This document shows, one piece after another, positions 24,811-38,402 of a stretch of 64,000 nucleotides of DNA. The stretch comes from Phoronis australis (taxonomy: Eukaryota > Animalia > Phoronida). The position numbers and the translations under genes are program-made. Within the stretch, counting starts at the first letter, position 1, and each line of letters opens with the position of its first letter. The notes beneath the pieces are model-generated. The model had not been told where the DNA came from and made no database searches. It saw nothing but the letters and a program-made list of their open reading frames with translations. Location: the NCBI GenBank assembly GCA_002633005.1, contig NMRA01000625.1, forward strand, positions 62,001 through 126,000, given 5' to 3'.

Positions 24811-25499
24811 AGCGTTGAACTTTACTATAATCCCGCTAGACGGCGATCAGGCCTTTAGTGGACAAGTGTTGAGCGCCACCTACAGATCCCATGTAATGCG
24901 GACGGCAGGTTTCAACCTGGTATAAATAGCCTTTTAACACCTTTCCTGCTTTCACAATCAGTCGGCAAATTTTCACTGATGTGCAGTGTGGTGTAATAAT
25001 GGCTTTTGAAAAAGAACAAACCTCTTGAAATATCCACAGGTGATGGTCATGACATATGTCCCACGCATTTCCCACCCGGAAGAAGAATCGACTGCATCAG
25101 TGACATCAGTCATCAGTGCTACTAATTGTAGTCGTGCACAGTCAGTGTTAGCTAGGTTTAGGACCAATATTATTACTCCCAATTGTTAGACAGCGACCAC
25201 CGTCGCTAGCTGGGTTAGTAAAGACGGTGTAGTTCCTATAGGAACTTCATATGCCAGAAGCTTTTCAGCAAATTGGACCTCACACGGGCTAAAGCATCAG
25301 TCCGGAAGTCAGGTTGTTTGCCATTGTTGCTAATACCCTTGGTGCATAGAGGGACTCTTTAGAAGGCAGTCGATGTCGTTTTAAAGAAATTAAAATTCCT
25401 TCCAACTCGAACAAATACTCCTGTTATCAAACTTTTTCTTTGAGCAGTTCCTCTTTCAGTTCCCAAAATTGGTAACTGGCTATTTTACACTGTGCATGC

Positions 25500-26046
25500 C
25501 AGTGGTAGAGGGGATATGACATTACGGCGTTTTCCCATTGCTCCCAACTTGTTCGATTCTATAACCCAACAACAAGTTGGGAAGATGACCCTTGTAGCCA
25601 ATATCTTACACGACTGATTAAATCCATTCTGGTGTTAATGGTTGGCCGGAGGGCCACTCTCTTTCATCTCCAATAAGATCGTATCTATCCTAAGTGGGAT
25701 GTGCTTTTAAAGATAAAAGTTAAGTTATAACATATTTGAACATAAGCCAATAGCATTTCTGAAATCCTCGTCAGATAATGATCATGTTTAATTTTTGAAT
25801 TGCCAAAATCGCCCAACTACAACCGAATTGCAACAATCTATTCCGGCTTTCCGAACGTATCAATTCGCTCTAGGTTTGACTGTGTTCACATGTGGTCTGT
25901 ATAAAGCCTGTTAGATAATTGGCCTGCCTGTTGTCATACCACACAAAAGACTATGCTTTGCAGTTAACAAAGAAGCTAGATGTTATCACATGCTCACCAT
26001 CATCTATACATCTGGTAAAGTCACTGAATGGAAAAATGACGTCATG
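25500..26046 (-). repeat. Dispersed repeat, copy 2 (inverted)
   Basis: About 500 bp of reverse-complement similarity to 17932-18470. Confidence 0.85.
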
Positions 26047-26409
26047 ACGTCATACCACCTGCTGCGCGCAGTGTTATAATGGCCAGTTGCCGATTTTGGG
26101 AACTGAATGATAGACTGCTCAAAGAAAATCAGTGTGAGGCATAATTCGCCGAAAAGCTTCCAGTGTATGAATTATAGGAGCTGCACCTGCTTAATCTCAA
26201 GATTGCCTATGCGTTAACTTGGAATTGAATGTTCATTAAGTCAATTAATCACGTGAAATGTTTCGTTCATTGCAATGAGTTTTTGTAGTTATTGGCCACA
26301 GGATCACCCACTTTCTGCTTAACTGGAACTTGTGTCACACAATCGGAGGAATGTGCGAATTGTTAATCATTTTTGTTTGGTTATCGAAATCGCCAATACT
26401 TGAAAGAGG

Positions 26410-27385
26410 ATGGTGTAAATTTCCATTGTTTTATGAACATGTAATTTCCTTTAGTGCAGTGCAAATTTTTATCAACGTGAACATGATTATTTGAGTGAAC
26501 TTGTCAAGTTTCCTCTGGTATTCCAAGTTGCACTTTGCAAGTTCCATGGTGTATTACGAGTTCTCTGTGATCTTGAGATTAAGCAGGATTTGAAGTTCAC
26601 ACTAGAAACAACATGAAAATATGGTAAGGCTCCGGAATCGTTTAGTTCTAATGGATGAAAGCAGAATTGCAAAAACAGTCTTTTTGTGGGACCTTAAACA
26701 TCGAAACCCCTGCAATTGGTCAAGTTCAATGTTTAAAATTATGGAGAAATGAGATTTTTTAGAAAATTTCAGGAACAAACAAATTGTGTCTCGAAAACTT
26801 CAAAATATTCAGGTTCCAGTTAGAAGAGTTAAACTGGTTAAAATAATCACTGAGAAACCAAAACTGTGCTTATATAGGTCTGTTAAGAATGACTATTGTG
26901 TAGAAGAGTATTAGCGTCTGCCGGTGTCTCAGAAGTCCGTCTATGATAGCTCGATTGAGAGCAGGTATTCTACCATTAGAGGTTGAGGTGGGGCAGTACT
27001 ACTTTGGAATTCCTGTGAATGAACGGATTTGTCATGTTTGTAAAAACGGAATTGAAGATGAAGTTCATTTCATTTTTGACTGAAAAATATACTCACATTT
27101 GGCCATTTTTTATACGGAATTCTGCCCTACCTCAAATATTCCAAAGTAACTTGAAAGGTCTAGCGAAATTCATTCAAGACACTTTGCAGCTTAGAAGTAA
27201 GTATTTGCTTATAAACTAGTCTGAAGTGGTCATATTTGAGGGTGTGCAATATGTTATGTAATGGTTTAATTATTATTAGGTGACTTGAGTAATCCCATTG
27301 AGGCTGGGGGGTGGTGAATATTCTGTCTTTGAGATTGTATTTACTGGTACCCTTATGTCACTATAATAAATAATTCAGTTCATGC
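26410..27385 (+). mobile_element. 3' fragment of a degenerate non-LTR retrotransposon (RTEX-like C-terminus)
   Basis: RLRAGILPLEVEVGQY...ERICHVCKNGIEDEVHFIF zinc-knuckle region, 3' UTR and AATAAA at ~27365. Confidence 0.7.
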
Positions 27386-27594
27386 AATCTACTAGGTGTG
27401 TGAAATGTGCTAACCTTCAGCTTAGTTTCACATGCTTCAGTACAGGATCATCTCTGGTTCACTTGCAGACAAACTGTTCAGTAATTTTAATACATTTGGG
27501 AGAAAAATGTCAGCTGCTAGCTATTTATCTATTTCATGTCAACTGATCATTCCTGGCACTATTTTATTTTGAGTTCAGAGATCTAGTCCAACTG

Positions 27595-27870
27595 AAATTT
27601 CCACAGAAACAGCCAATGAGCACATTTGTTCATCCAAAATTCTCACTGAATTCCCACTCCATTTTTTGCAAGTCCAAATTCTCACTCAGAAATTCTCACT
27701 GGATTATCAATCGCAATTTGTCTTCAGTCGAAAATTCTCCCTGAATTCCCACTATTTTTCCCATCACCCTACGTCCTTCAAATTCTCACTGGATTCTCAC
27801 ATGCATTTCTCACTCAAATCATTCTTTTAGTCAGAAAATCTCATTGGAATCCAATGAGATTCTCACTTTC
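27595..27870. repeat. Degenerate tandem repeat (aaattctcactg-att)
   Basis: The ttctcact core recurs about 10 times. Confidence 0.6.
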
Positions 27871-28842
27871 TTTTTCTTAAGGGTTTCTTTGCACTGAATC
27901 GAGATAAGTGGCTTTCTCACTCTCAGGCATGACTCGAGAGTCAATGGAAGTCCGCTATTGGGTTACTTATTGAGTCTGGCGTAGGTTTTAAAGGGGGCTA
28001 TAAACCCACTTAATTCTATTTCTATAATCAACTTTCGATATAATTATAGACCACTTGTCATTTAAAAATTGATCGTAAGTTGTCCCAGCCTTTGTCAATT
28101 TAGAGGTGATTTCAGGTCTTCGAATGAACTTAGAGCCAATGCAGGCAAAGAGCTATGCACATTGACAGCTAATAAGATCAACTCACGTCTGGCAAAATGA
28201 ACCATCAGGATTTTGCATCACAAGACAGGCGAATGTCTCACTTGTGGCATTTCATTCAAGCATCGCAAACGTAAATGTTCACAGCTTGTTGGTGAGATGA
28301 GCTAAGTGCTAAGCTAATTACTATCGGTGTCCAATTGAAATTAATTCCTGCATCGCCTGACAACAAAAAATAATCTCTCATTTGCTCATTGTAACCATGT
28401 ATACTACATCAACATTGTTTACTGGTCAGTGAGCGTTTTATCTTGCTATGTGCACCAGGTTTAAAATAGTGACATGAGTAAAACTCCACGTGAGGCACAC
28501 GGCTCTACAATGTGGCTTGTTATGGTGTCGTTTTATGCACTGAGCATGGTTCTGTGAAATGACGAACTGCCAGTTCTTTTCAAATGCTGAGATCACTTCT
28601 CGTTCAAGTAAGGATCAAGTTGAGATCAATTACATAGTGGTACAAAAGTTTGTTGTAGAACAGAATGTGGGCTTGTTATCGGTATTGATATAGCTGAATT
28701 TTTTCCAGGATTCATAGGTATTGAAATGAGTTCACTTTTCAAAGTCTTGGAAACCTCTACGCCGTACACAATACTTTCCATAGAACCTCTCCATTGGGCG
28801 TGACAGTTGGATGTTGTTATCTGAACATTATTAATCTTTCAG

Positions 28843-28989
28843 GTGACGAGGATGTCCTAGCTCCACCTGTGGTCATGTCTGAATGTTACAGATGTATGCA
28901 TACACCTTCTGTTTGTATAAAAGAGTCTTCATTATGTAATCAACACCGAGATTGTCCTCACGGGGAAGATGAATCGGGGTGTAACCCAG
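28843..28989 (+). CDS. Gene B LDLa repeat 1 exon
   Basis: CYRCMHTPSVCIKESSLCNQHRDCPHGEDESGC; phase 1-1; GTAAGA donor. Confidence 0.85.
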
Positions 28990-31900
28990 GTAAGACATTC
29001 TTTACTTTCAGAATAGGTTTTTATTCACATACACTGTCTAGTCATTGACTGAGATTCCTTCATGAATCAGTAGAAAGGGGTATCCAGACTGGGCGGGAGG
29101 TCATTTTTCACTTGATATCATTACTTAGGCACCCAACTTGTTGTGTATGGCTGAACATCAGAACAGGGTAATGATGTGGGGTAATGAAATTGGCAATTTA
29201 ATTGAAGGTCGCTTTTTCAGTTTTCTCAAACTTGATTTGCGGTCCTGTCACAACAAAACTTGCATCAAAATATAGCAAGTGTGACCAAACAGTGCAAGTT
29301 TTTATAACGCATGCAGTTGAAATTTGATTTTCTCCTTATTTCCGTAAAAGATGTTCAGCTCCAAACAAATGCTTTTACTTGTTCCAAGTTCTGTACCTGA
29401 CAATAGTTTGGAGAATTATGACCATTTACAACAAAGTTGGAAGACCATGAAATTAGAAGACAGAATCCGAAATTGGTGAGATTTTACTGCAAGTAGGTTA
29501 ATCGATATGCCTATTCAGTAAGGAGAGTGTCTGGGGGTCCTCGCTTCTTCAACAACTGTTAGTGAGTGCTTGCAATCATACGCAATGGTCAGTTTACTTA
29601 GAAATCCAATGTGGCATCAGACATGTCTTTAAATTTTAGGGAGATTTACCTTGATCAAAGATAACGATTGTAAGGATTTCACATTAGACATACACCATGG
29701 CATCTATAACAAGATTGTAATCAGGTCAATTTGACGAATAAATGATGTATGCCTGCTTCATATTGACTATAGGGTCCTTTCTTTGTCTTCTGCCACCTAA
29801 GAAACAATCGTACGAGGTTTGGTTCATAGATTTATCAGAATTTCATAATTTTGAATTGCAAATACTTGTCCCCTGTAAAGATGATGGTTCTTGCACCATG
29901 TTGACAACTGTTTTCGCGGACACCAGTTTGGAATTGAAGTGAGTGTGCTGTCATTTAGTAGTGAGCTCTCACTGTAGGTGAATACACACTCTCACTGCAG
30001 GCAGGCATGTGCTCTACTGAAAGGCTTTAGTCTGGGACGATAGCATGTGATGGAAAGCTGTACCAAAGATATAGTCAGTACCAAATACTCTGCCAGTTTA
30101 CTCACCTGATAATGGCAAAGTCCACACATTGCTCTTACCTGAGCCCTCTGCAATGGAAGAATGTTCTTCCCCTTGTCTAGATGCCTTGAGCCCTTTCTGC
30201 AAACCTGACATTGAGCTAGGAAAATTTTGATCAAGATGACTTAAATAATGTTCTTGTCTCAGTACTGGTAAGGAGAAATGTTGTTGCTAAGCAATGATCA
30301 ACCTGGAATGGAGGGTAACATTTCTTAGGCCTTATGGTTTCTTAAACTCATTTCATTTCATTAAAAATAGTCCTTCTGCAACAGGCTGTCAGACGAATGT
30401 TATAACGCTACAAAGTATCAGTTGCCAGACCAGTTTCTTTAATTTTTTCCCAAACTTTAATATGTATGCAACTGAAACTATTCACATGTGTTTATTAGCA
30501 TGCCTGTACTTTGATGTACAATAAGGATTATTCACTTAAAACACTGCATGGCTGTCAGTGGAATTATGGATCAAAGTTCCTGACGACACACGATGCAATT
30601 CTGTTTTTGACTATTTTAGTTGTGAAACCAGCTTTAATTGGAAAATGCAGCCTTGTGTTTACGTACCCTTGATCAGTCTGAACATTTTTTTCCAAGTTTG
30701 GTTCAAAGCTTTGTTTGATTTCAGAGTGTTTTGTGACCACCAAGTACGTGTGTCCAAGTAATCCATTTACGTGTATAGATGACCACCAACAGTGTGATGG
30801 TGTGAACAACTGTTCTGAAGGTGAAGATGAGCAGGGCTGTACTAGTAAGTACCACTGACTGATCTGGAACATGCCTCTGCTCTTTTCTTACTCAGATTTT
30901 ACTGGGACTCCAAGCTAGCAACCGTGTCGCATTATCGGAGCACAAATTTGTATGTTTACTCGAAGCATGACTTCTTAATGGTCAAATGGACTTGGAGTGC
31001 AGAGACTAGAACCTGCCTTTCGTTCAGTAATGCTATGACCTCGTTAAACAGCAAGACTTCGCGAAATTACATGAGATATTGCCGTGCATTTTAAATGAAA
31101 ACACGTGACTTTTGGCTAGACTTTATCTAGGTCTTAGCATTACTGAATGCATGCCTGGTCTCTGGTAAGCAAGGATACAGGATGAAGACCAGGAGGTCTG
31201 ACAGTAGGCAGATGTAGGGAACACTTGTTACTGCTCATAGCAGCAAAGAATGTTGAAGTGGCCAAGTAAGGGGTCCAGAAATTTCAGAATGCTCTGGGGG
31301 GCATTTGTACTGAAGACCTTATGCAAATTTCATGCAAATCAACCCACGAACAAGTGAGAAATTGATTTTCAAATGTGCTTAAAGTGTAGAAAATCAAAAA
31401 GATTGAAAGTAGCTAATTAACAAAAATACGTCATGTAATTGAAATCAACTTGTATGTTTGGTGCATAGTCTTGGATTTTAAGAATCAGTGCAATGAAAGA
31501 TAGATATAATTTCATACGATTCGTGAATACTGAATTTTTAAGAAAAAGCATAAAGGCAGTTAGTTGCTCCATTGAAACCAAGTGTGTTATTGAGCTTTTG
31601 TTGTGCTTAGGCTCATACAGCGCCATCTGTTGTTCATGTGTAATGTTATTGAGCTTTTGTTGGGCTTAGGCTCATACAGTGCCATCTGTTAGCTTTTGTT
31701 GTGCTTAGGCTCATACAGTGCCATCTGTTGTTCATGTGTAATATTACTGGATGTCAGACAAGAAGAGATTTTATTACCATTTCAGTCAGTGATCAGGCTA
31801 ACTTATAAACAAGAGAGGGGACTGTATTGATTGGACTGTTGTGCGATTATCCTGTAAGACTGTGTGAATGTGCCTACACTTTATTCTGTTTCAGACATCA

Positions 31901-34844
31901 TGGTGAAATTTATTCCCTTCTTCGTACTACTGCTGCTTGCCTTTGTTATTGTCTGTGTGTTACTACATAATCAGAAATTCAGAAATTACTGTCACCACCT
32001 TATGGCCCATAGATGGCAGCAAACCACAAGGAATTGTGATGCAGGTTTGTGAAAAGTGGACATTCTCATTGACTGTAACAGGTTTAAAACGAGAAATATT
32101 TTTTAGCTTCTAAGTTGAAAATGTAGCAGCAAAATTAAAAGATTAGGAAAAAACATTTAGATCCCAAACTCTTGTCTATGCCAAGCATGTTTGTTTTACT
32201 GTCTAGTCACTTTCTAAGCACAGAACACATTGTCAACTCTCATTAAATACACGTTACAGTAATACTGGCTGGGCCAAAAATGATTTTGGAGAAGAAAATC
32301 GCAAAGTACAGTAGTTCAAAATGAACTGGACAATGTTGAACGTTGACAAAGTTTCGAAGCACGAATGTGACAATAATAGTCCATTTCATTACTACAAAAT
32401 GTCTTTTAATTCTGCCTAGTATTCGTCAAAATCCGCAGCAGTTTTGCAGAATTCTGCATTACTGTACGCAGCTCAACAGTAAATTTTTCTTTCGCCTACC
32501 TTAAATTCAGGTAGCCTTGAATTGTTAAACTTTGTTGGTGTTGAATTGAAGAATTCAAAACTGTGTTGCAGCTAGATAAAAAATAGCAATCACTTTCAAA
32601 GAATTTTATTGAAAAACTGAGTAAAAGTTAGTTATAAAAAATCAATAATCTTACATGTTCCTGGTCCAAACTGAAGTTTATTCTGACATGAAGCAAAAAT
32701 GAGACCTCCAATAAAATGAGGTGATCACAAAGCAGAACAAAACATGAAACCCTTCCTTTTCACCTGCCCATAAATCACGTGATTCCCATTGTAGTAGAAA
32801 TTGGCCTTTTCTTGATTTCTCGTACTCAATTGGCTTTTTTGCAACAGATTTTTATTGAACGATTAAGTCAGCTGTGTTTTGCCATCTGGTAGATCATCAT
32901 CAGTAATACCATCTTTTTGAAGAACTCGTTGGCGGTAAAATGGGCCATTGTCCTAATTTTGGGCTTGTGTGCCTTTAAGGTGCTTTTCACTAATTTTGCA
33001 CATAACTAAATAATAATTGACAAAAATGCAACGTTTTTCTCCAAGACTAACCATTTTGTACAGAACGCTAAAGTCAATAATTTACCTAATCATGATTGTC
33101 AGTCTCCATGTAGAACTAGAAAACCCAAAAAATGACAAAACTAGTATCTAGTATCCACCCATGGAAAACATATTATGGAGAATGCAAAAAAAGTAAAAAG
33201 TCGTATGAATCTCCATAAATCATACGTCGTTCTCATTTTGCTCGTTATGTTGTGATCTCACACATCCACTGTGTTTTCCTTTTGGTTGCAAAATATCTCT
33301 CTTAGCAAGCTGAAAATTAAAAGTCAACATGGAAAACTCATGGAAAATGAAAACACTATGCACGTGAACCGTGCATGTATATTGATAGGTCACAGGCAGT
33401 TGTACCTTGTGCTGATAAAGTATAAACAATCGACAACTCTTTTCAATGGATGTTTGTTTTTATTGACAGTTGAAAATAAATTTCCTTTTCCATCCCAATG
33501 TCCTGTGCATAGCAGTTGATAATATCCGTTGTTAGTTGCTTGGGATGGCCATCTTGTAAGAAAAATGTAAATATTTTACATTGTTGCCTTAAACGTTTGT
33601 TGAGCCGTAGACTGTGGTTGAGCTGATGCTGATAACTGTTTAATTGTATTTGTAGATGCTGTTGATCCAGAAATTGAGTTGCATACTCTACCTCCATCGT
33701 ATGAAGACGTTGTATCGGTGGGCAGTGATAACCCTGTTAGTATACACTCTATTGGCAACCTACTTCATCTCTCATGAGACAACCTCTACGCTATCATTTG
33801 GGGTTTTGTTACCTCAATGCCTAAGCGAGCCTATACCAGATTGTGACTAACTCGTTCTTCTCGATTCACAAATTAAGCGGCTCGTGGCTTAGCCATGTTG
33901 CTGAAGATATTCTATTCGCTAATCTCTTGTACTGCATCGATTTTGAAAATTCGAAGATGGCTACTATTTACTCTTTAAAGTTAAAAAAAAACAGTCGTGT
34001 TGGGCGTTTGCCTTACTTATTATTCGTTTTTTGACTTTGAAACTTGTGCGCTTAACATGCATGTTGGTTTATGACCACAGTTACCCATCCAACCCATTCA
34101 GCCATGAATAGCGACTAGCTCACTTCATTGCGCGATGGCACCATCAAGCCTAATTGTTGTGCAAAGAATTCACAGGATACTCTCAGGGTGAACAGTGCAA
34201 TCTTTGCCTCCCACTTGTATGCAAATCCTGTTAGAGTAAGATTTGCCTAATGCTGACGTTGACGGCAATAAAGTTTCAGTGTTAAACACATGGTCTATAT
34301 ATAAGGAGCTTTGGTGTTCACCATCAAAACAAATTCATGTGGCTGTTGAATTACAGATCAGCAGTTGTTGTGCCTGCTGAATGAAGATGCTGTAGTTAAC
34401 AATACAGTTTTCTTGAAAAAACATTAAAACAGAAATTCAAGTTGCTGATTTGTCCTATCTTTTACTGAAACAGCCCCGGGGGCTTCTTGTAGACAGAAAA
34501 CTGGACATTACTCACTTCTCTGAAGCCAGTATCTTGTTTATAGCCATAAACGGGCTAGAATAGAAATTAGTTTCATTTGCTAATCTGTCTTCTGTTGGAA
34601 TTGCCTGAGAATATACGTCAGCAGTGATTTGAATATCAACTTTTTGGCCAACCTACCCATTACGACATTATCATGTTACCTTTAATGTCATTTAGGAGTT
34701 TTCATGTCTTACATTTCCAGACATTCCAGGCAGAAGTTGTCTCCCCTCAAGACCCAGTTGTACCAGTGGCGCCACCTGACTATGCTACTGTGGCTCACAT
34801 TCTGCCAGTTAGTCCTGTACCATTTACAACTCCTGCTGCCCAAG
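28843..34844 (+). CDS. Gene B: LDL-receptor class A domain-containing single-pass membrane protein (LDLRAD3/4-like architecture)
   Basis: Exons 28843-28989, 30725-30844, 31895-32044, 33656-33717 and 34721-34844 are phase-consistent; two 6-Cys LDLa repeats with GEDE, a TM helix, and PPSY and PPDY motifs. Start and last exon are unresolved. Confidence 0.82.
30725..30844 (+). CDS. Gene B LDLa repeat 2 exon
   Basis: CFVTTKYVCPSNPFTCIDDHQQCDGVNNCSEGEDEQGC; phase 1-1; GTAAGT donor. Confidence 0.88.
31585..31745. repeat. Tandem repeat, ~45-60 bp unit, 3 copies
   Basis: agcttttgttg-gcttaggctcatacag-gccatctgtt repeated three times. Confidence 0.8.
31895..32044 (+). CDS. Gene B transmembrane exon
   Basis: FIPFFVLLLLAFVIVCVLL followed by HNQKFR. 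Confidence 0.82.
33656..33717 (+). CDS. Gene B cytoplasmic exon with PPxY
   Basis: DAVDPEIELHTLPPSYEDVVS; tttgtag acceptor. Confidence 0.75.
34721..34844 (+). CDS. Gene B cytoplasmic exon with second PPxY
   Basis: TFQAEVV...APPDYATV...PAAQ; GTAATG donor. Confidence 0.75.
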
Positions 34845-35764
34845 GTAATGTGTACTATTTAGATGTAGTGCCAGACTCCCCTGATCAGCGTGCTTATTTA
34901 GTTGAAGGAACAGCTGTTTTAAAAATAGCTTTCATCAGATATCCTTCGTCCTTTGTCGGGGTAATGGAAACGTAGACAGATTTATGGGGGGGAGCGTGAA
35001 GCATGAGGAAATATTGAGTTCAGTTATTAAGACCGGTAGCGGATGAGGGGAGGACTCAGACCCCAGAACGCGGCAGAATCGTGTTCTTGACTTCCCGTTC
35101 TTTTTTTTTAGTCTACCTACAAATTTTCCGAACAGGAGGTCCACATCCCGGGCCCCCGCAACTTTCAGGCCGCCCGTGTACATACAATCACGCTTTGCCG
35201 AATTCCCTGAGGCAACATGTTGGGCCCCCCTCATGGTATCCTAGATCCGCCACTAACACCAACATGGAAATCACAAAGTAACTCTTGTTTAGATCATTTG
35301 AAATTGACCATTTTTCCTCTAAAATTTCCTTGATTTGTGATGTCAGAATTTACATTCTGTCTACTTTTTGATAGATAAAAAAGATTGTTACTCTCCTGAG
35401 TAATAGTAGTTTGTGACATCCACAATGTTGTTGAATGTTATTGCCCCAAGTCGTGGGGTTAGTTCCTTACAGGAAGACAGTAGCGAAAACCAGGATCAAG
35501 CAACACAATGCTAAGTCACCAGTGAAAAGTTTTTACGAGTGCTCTCGGGAACTTAGTAACGTACACTAGCAAAATTGGGTGCACTGAAGTGATTATTTGG
35601 CATAGCTTGAGTGTTGAATTACACTGTTCCCGTTTCTTTAGTTAAGTGACATTTTCTTGCTTCAAGTGCCTTAAGAGTGTCCTGTGTTATGGACCGCAGC
35701 CCTGGTGACTGTGTTTGTGTAGGCCTATCACATGCACGGTCCAAGTTTTTGGTCATTTTCATTC

Positions 35765-35985
35765 GCTAACAGAAAATTCTTCAGTTTGGGACACAATACG
35801 GTGGCCAAGAGAAATTTCGTTTTGTCAGATTTCTCAACAACTTTGCGTGCTATTATGGCATAGTTATTACCAAGCAAAATTTCGTAAAATTTTGAGCATT
35901 TGCAACAATGTAGTAAGCTTCTGAAAAATAGAAATATGGACATTTTAGCAATAAGTTTTGTCCCAAGTTGAAGAATTTTTACCGA
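35765..35985. mobile_element. MITE-like element; related sequence at ~40770-41060
   Basis: Inverted ends aaaattcttcagtttgggaca and tgtcccaagttgaagaatttt; the internal tgaaaaatagaaatatgg block is shared with ~41000. Confidence 0.5.
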
Positions 35986-36682
35986 AAGTTACATTATCTC
36001 ACTTCAGCCTGTTGTGAATCAAATGAAGATCAACACCGGACACTTGTCTGCCAGCATTTGCCAACATCAACACCAGCATAAGGTGGACATGTTTAAGTAG
36101 TAAACCAGCTGGCTGGTTAAAATGGCTGTCATTCCACCCATGGCATAGCATCTGGTACTTTGTCGATTCAAGAACCACGAGCACCATCAACCAATTGATC
36201 TAAAGTTCCTTCAGTTGAATTTCAGTCCTCAAAAGTGTGAAAGTTATCAGGTCATCGTTTGCAACGTGGCCAAAAGTCCAATTTCGAAAATCAGCTTGAA
36301 CACACATGGTTTTCGGACAATGACAAGAAGGAAATATTGGGCTTAGCCATTTTGTGCATTTGCGCCAGTATTGTCCAAGTCAGACTAAAAACTGCTGTAG
36401 GGGGATTTTCGGACAACGCGACTGCTCGCTGTAGTCGGAATGCTCAAGTCTCTCACATTTGACTAATGGGAGTTGACCAAAATCTCGGCTCAGGTTTCAA
36501 AATTTCATGTACAAAATGCTGCTTGCAGGTCATTACATCGAATCCTGAATTTGAACTTTAGCTGTCTTCCTCACCAAACTCTGGTCTAGTAACTTTAAGT
36601 GAACTTATTTTATGAAAATTTGTTTTTAATTATTTTGTCAGTTGTCTTTGAAAATGTGACTTGTTATGCCATGTGCAATGTT

Positions 36683-36702
36683 AAATAAAATGTATTTTAT
36701 TT
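36683..36702. terminator. Candidate bidirectional polyadenylation signal between convergent genes B and C
   Basis: aaataaaat-gt-attttattt gives AATAAA on both strands. Confidence 0.4.
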
Positions 36703-38402
36703 AAAATGTATTTTGATCTTGGTGACAATAACTCTGAGATGCTCCATTCCATTCAAAGACCTTCAGCGTAATCGCAAAATGAGCAGATAATAAGCATTAT
36801 GTATTTATTTTCTTTCCAAAAGAACAATGACAAAATATGTATATCTACCACAAGAGAATGTACAAGAGTACACCATAAATACAAAGCTACGTTTAATAAA
36901 TACACACCTTCAAAATAAAAATAAATCGCCATGAAGTGACATAGTGCCACAGACACCGGCTTTTCCTCAACACACTAACCACATGATGAGAAGCATGCTG
37001 GATAACACCTTCACAATGAGAGAGACTGGGGAAACAATTTGGTGAGCAAACACACATTTCCACTCTGAATTGAACAAACGATTTAAACAGAGATTTTTGA
37101 ATAGATACGTTGAATGGGAAAGCGGGAGGTACATGTACACGCAGGTATTGCCCGATTCACTGCTTACAGCAACTAACAAAACAAGACTGTGTCTGCGTTG
37201 CTAACGCAGTCCGAATAGTATATAGAGTGGTGTTTTGTGGAAAGAAATAGTGCATAATCTTGCAGGTGGATTAAGCTATGCAATTTTGGTAAATGAATAA
37301 AAAAAACAGACTGACATGATCAACATACTCTACACATTTTATAGACAACAAGTCAGGTGGCAATAATTTCTGTTGCCTAGCAAACAAATTGTACTATTTC
37401 TGTGTCAATATACCGCTGTTGGTTTTCTCAGTTTTGCATTACCCCATTGAGGCGTAAACAGTTCATAATGAAAGGAGTTTTTAAGTACGAAAAAGCACAT
37501 TGTGTTTGGCCCCCTTTTCCAGAAATCAGCTCAGCATGAAGACAAACATTCTGAATGCACAACCAGGAAGCAAAAGTCATGAAAACATTTACATTTCGTC
37601 TACTTTGTCAAAAAGTGGACTGTTCGAACCACAGACAAGGCAGCATGACGAATTCTTTGAGAATTCTTAAAGCAATTTATATACATGAAGCAGACAACCA
37701 CGGCTCTACATTGCACTCACAACCTTAAAATCTGAAAGTTTCACACCAAAAAATGACATAAGTAGCAATTCCACATGAACATTTCATCCATAATTTTCCT
37801 GCCTGTGACAGTGTGACCTGTTTCAAACGATGACAAAACATCCCTTTTGATCAACCAAAAGCCACAATCAAGGTCACCAAATATAACATGATATACAGAA
37901 CTAATAAGCTTAACCTCTGCTGTAATTCAGCTGGTGCAATTTTCTTCTTTGCCTATTCTTTTCAGAACAGTACTGAAAAAGTTGCTCACTTCTTCCTTTT
38001 CACAAAAGTAGACAACCATCACAACTGAATAACTCCAGCAGCCACACACAGGAAAAACATTTCACAATTATCAGATAAGAATTTGAGCTAATGACCAGAC
38101 GAAAATTTATTTTTCTTAACGTAAAACATCAATTTCCACCTCATAAAACAACACAAGAAATCACACTGACTTCTCTTAACTAAACTGTCATGGGGATGAA
38201 CTAAGAACGGAAACTCTTATCCTACGGCAGAATCCAAACATAGCCCACTAAACACTTGACCTGTGTCACTACCGTTTATATTCTGAACGATGTCGACTTC
38301 ATCAAATGATATGCAGTGGTGCACATTTCTGTCAAAGAAATACGCACAAAACAAACCTAAGCACTACATAACACAACTGTATATTCTACACCTCGTCTCC
38401 TG

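Noticed and set aside
28484-28558. Signal-peptide exon for gene B (MWLVMVSFYALSM)
   Set aside because: The frame ends in TGA and has no phase-1 donor to reach the LDLa exon
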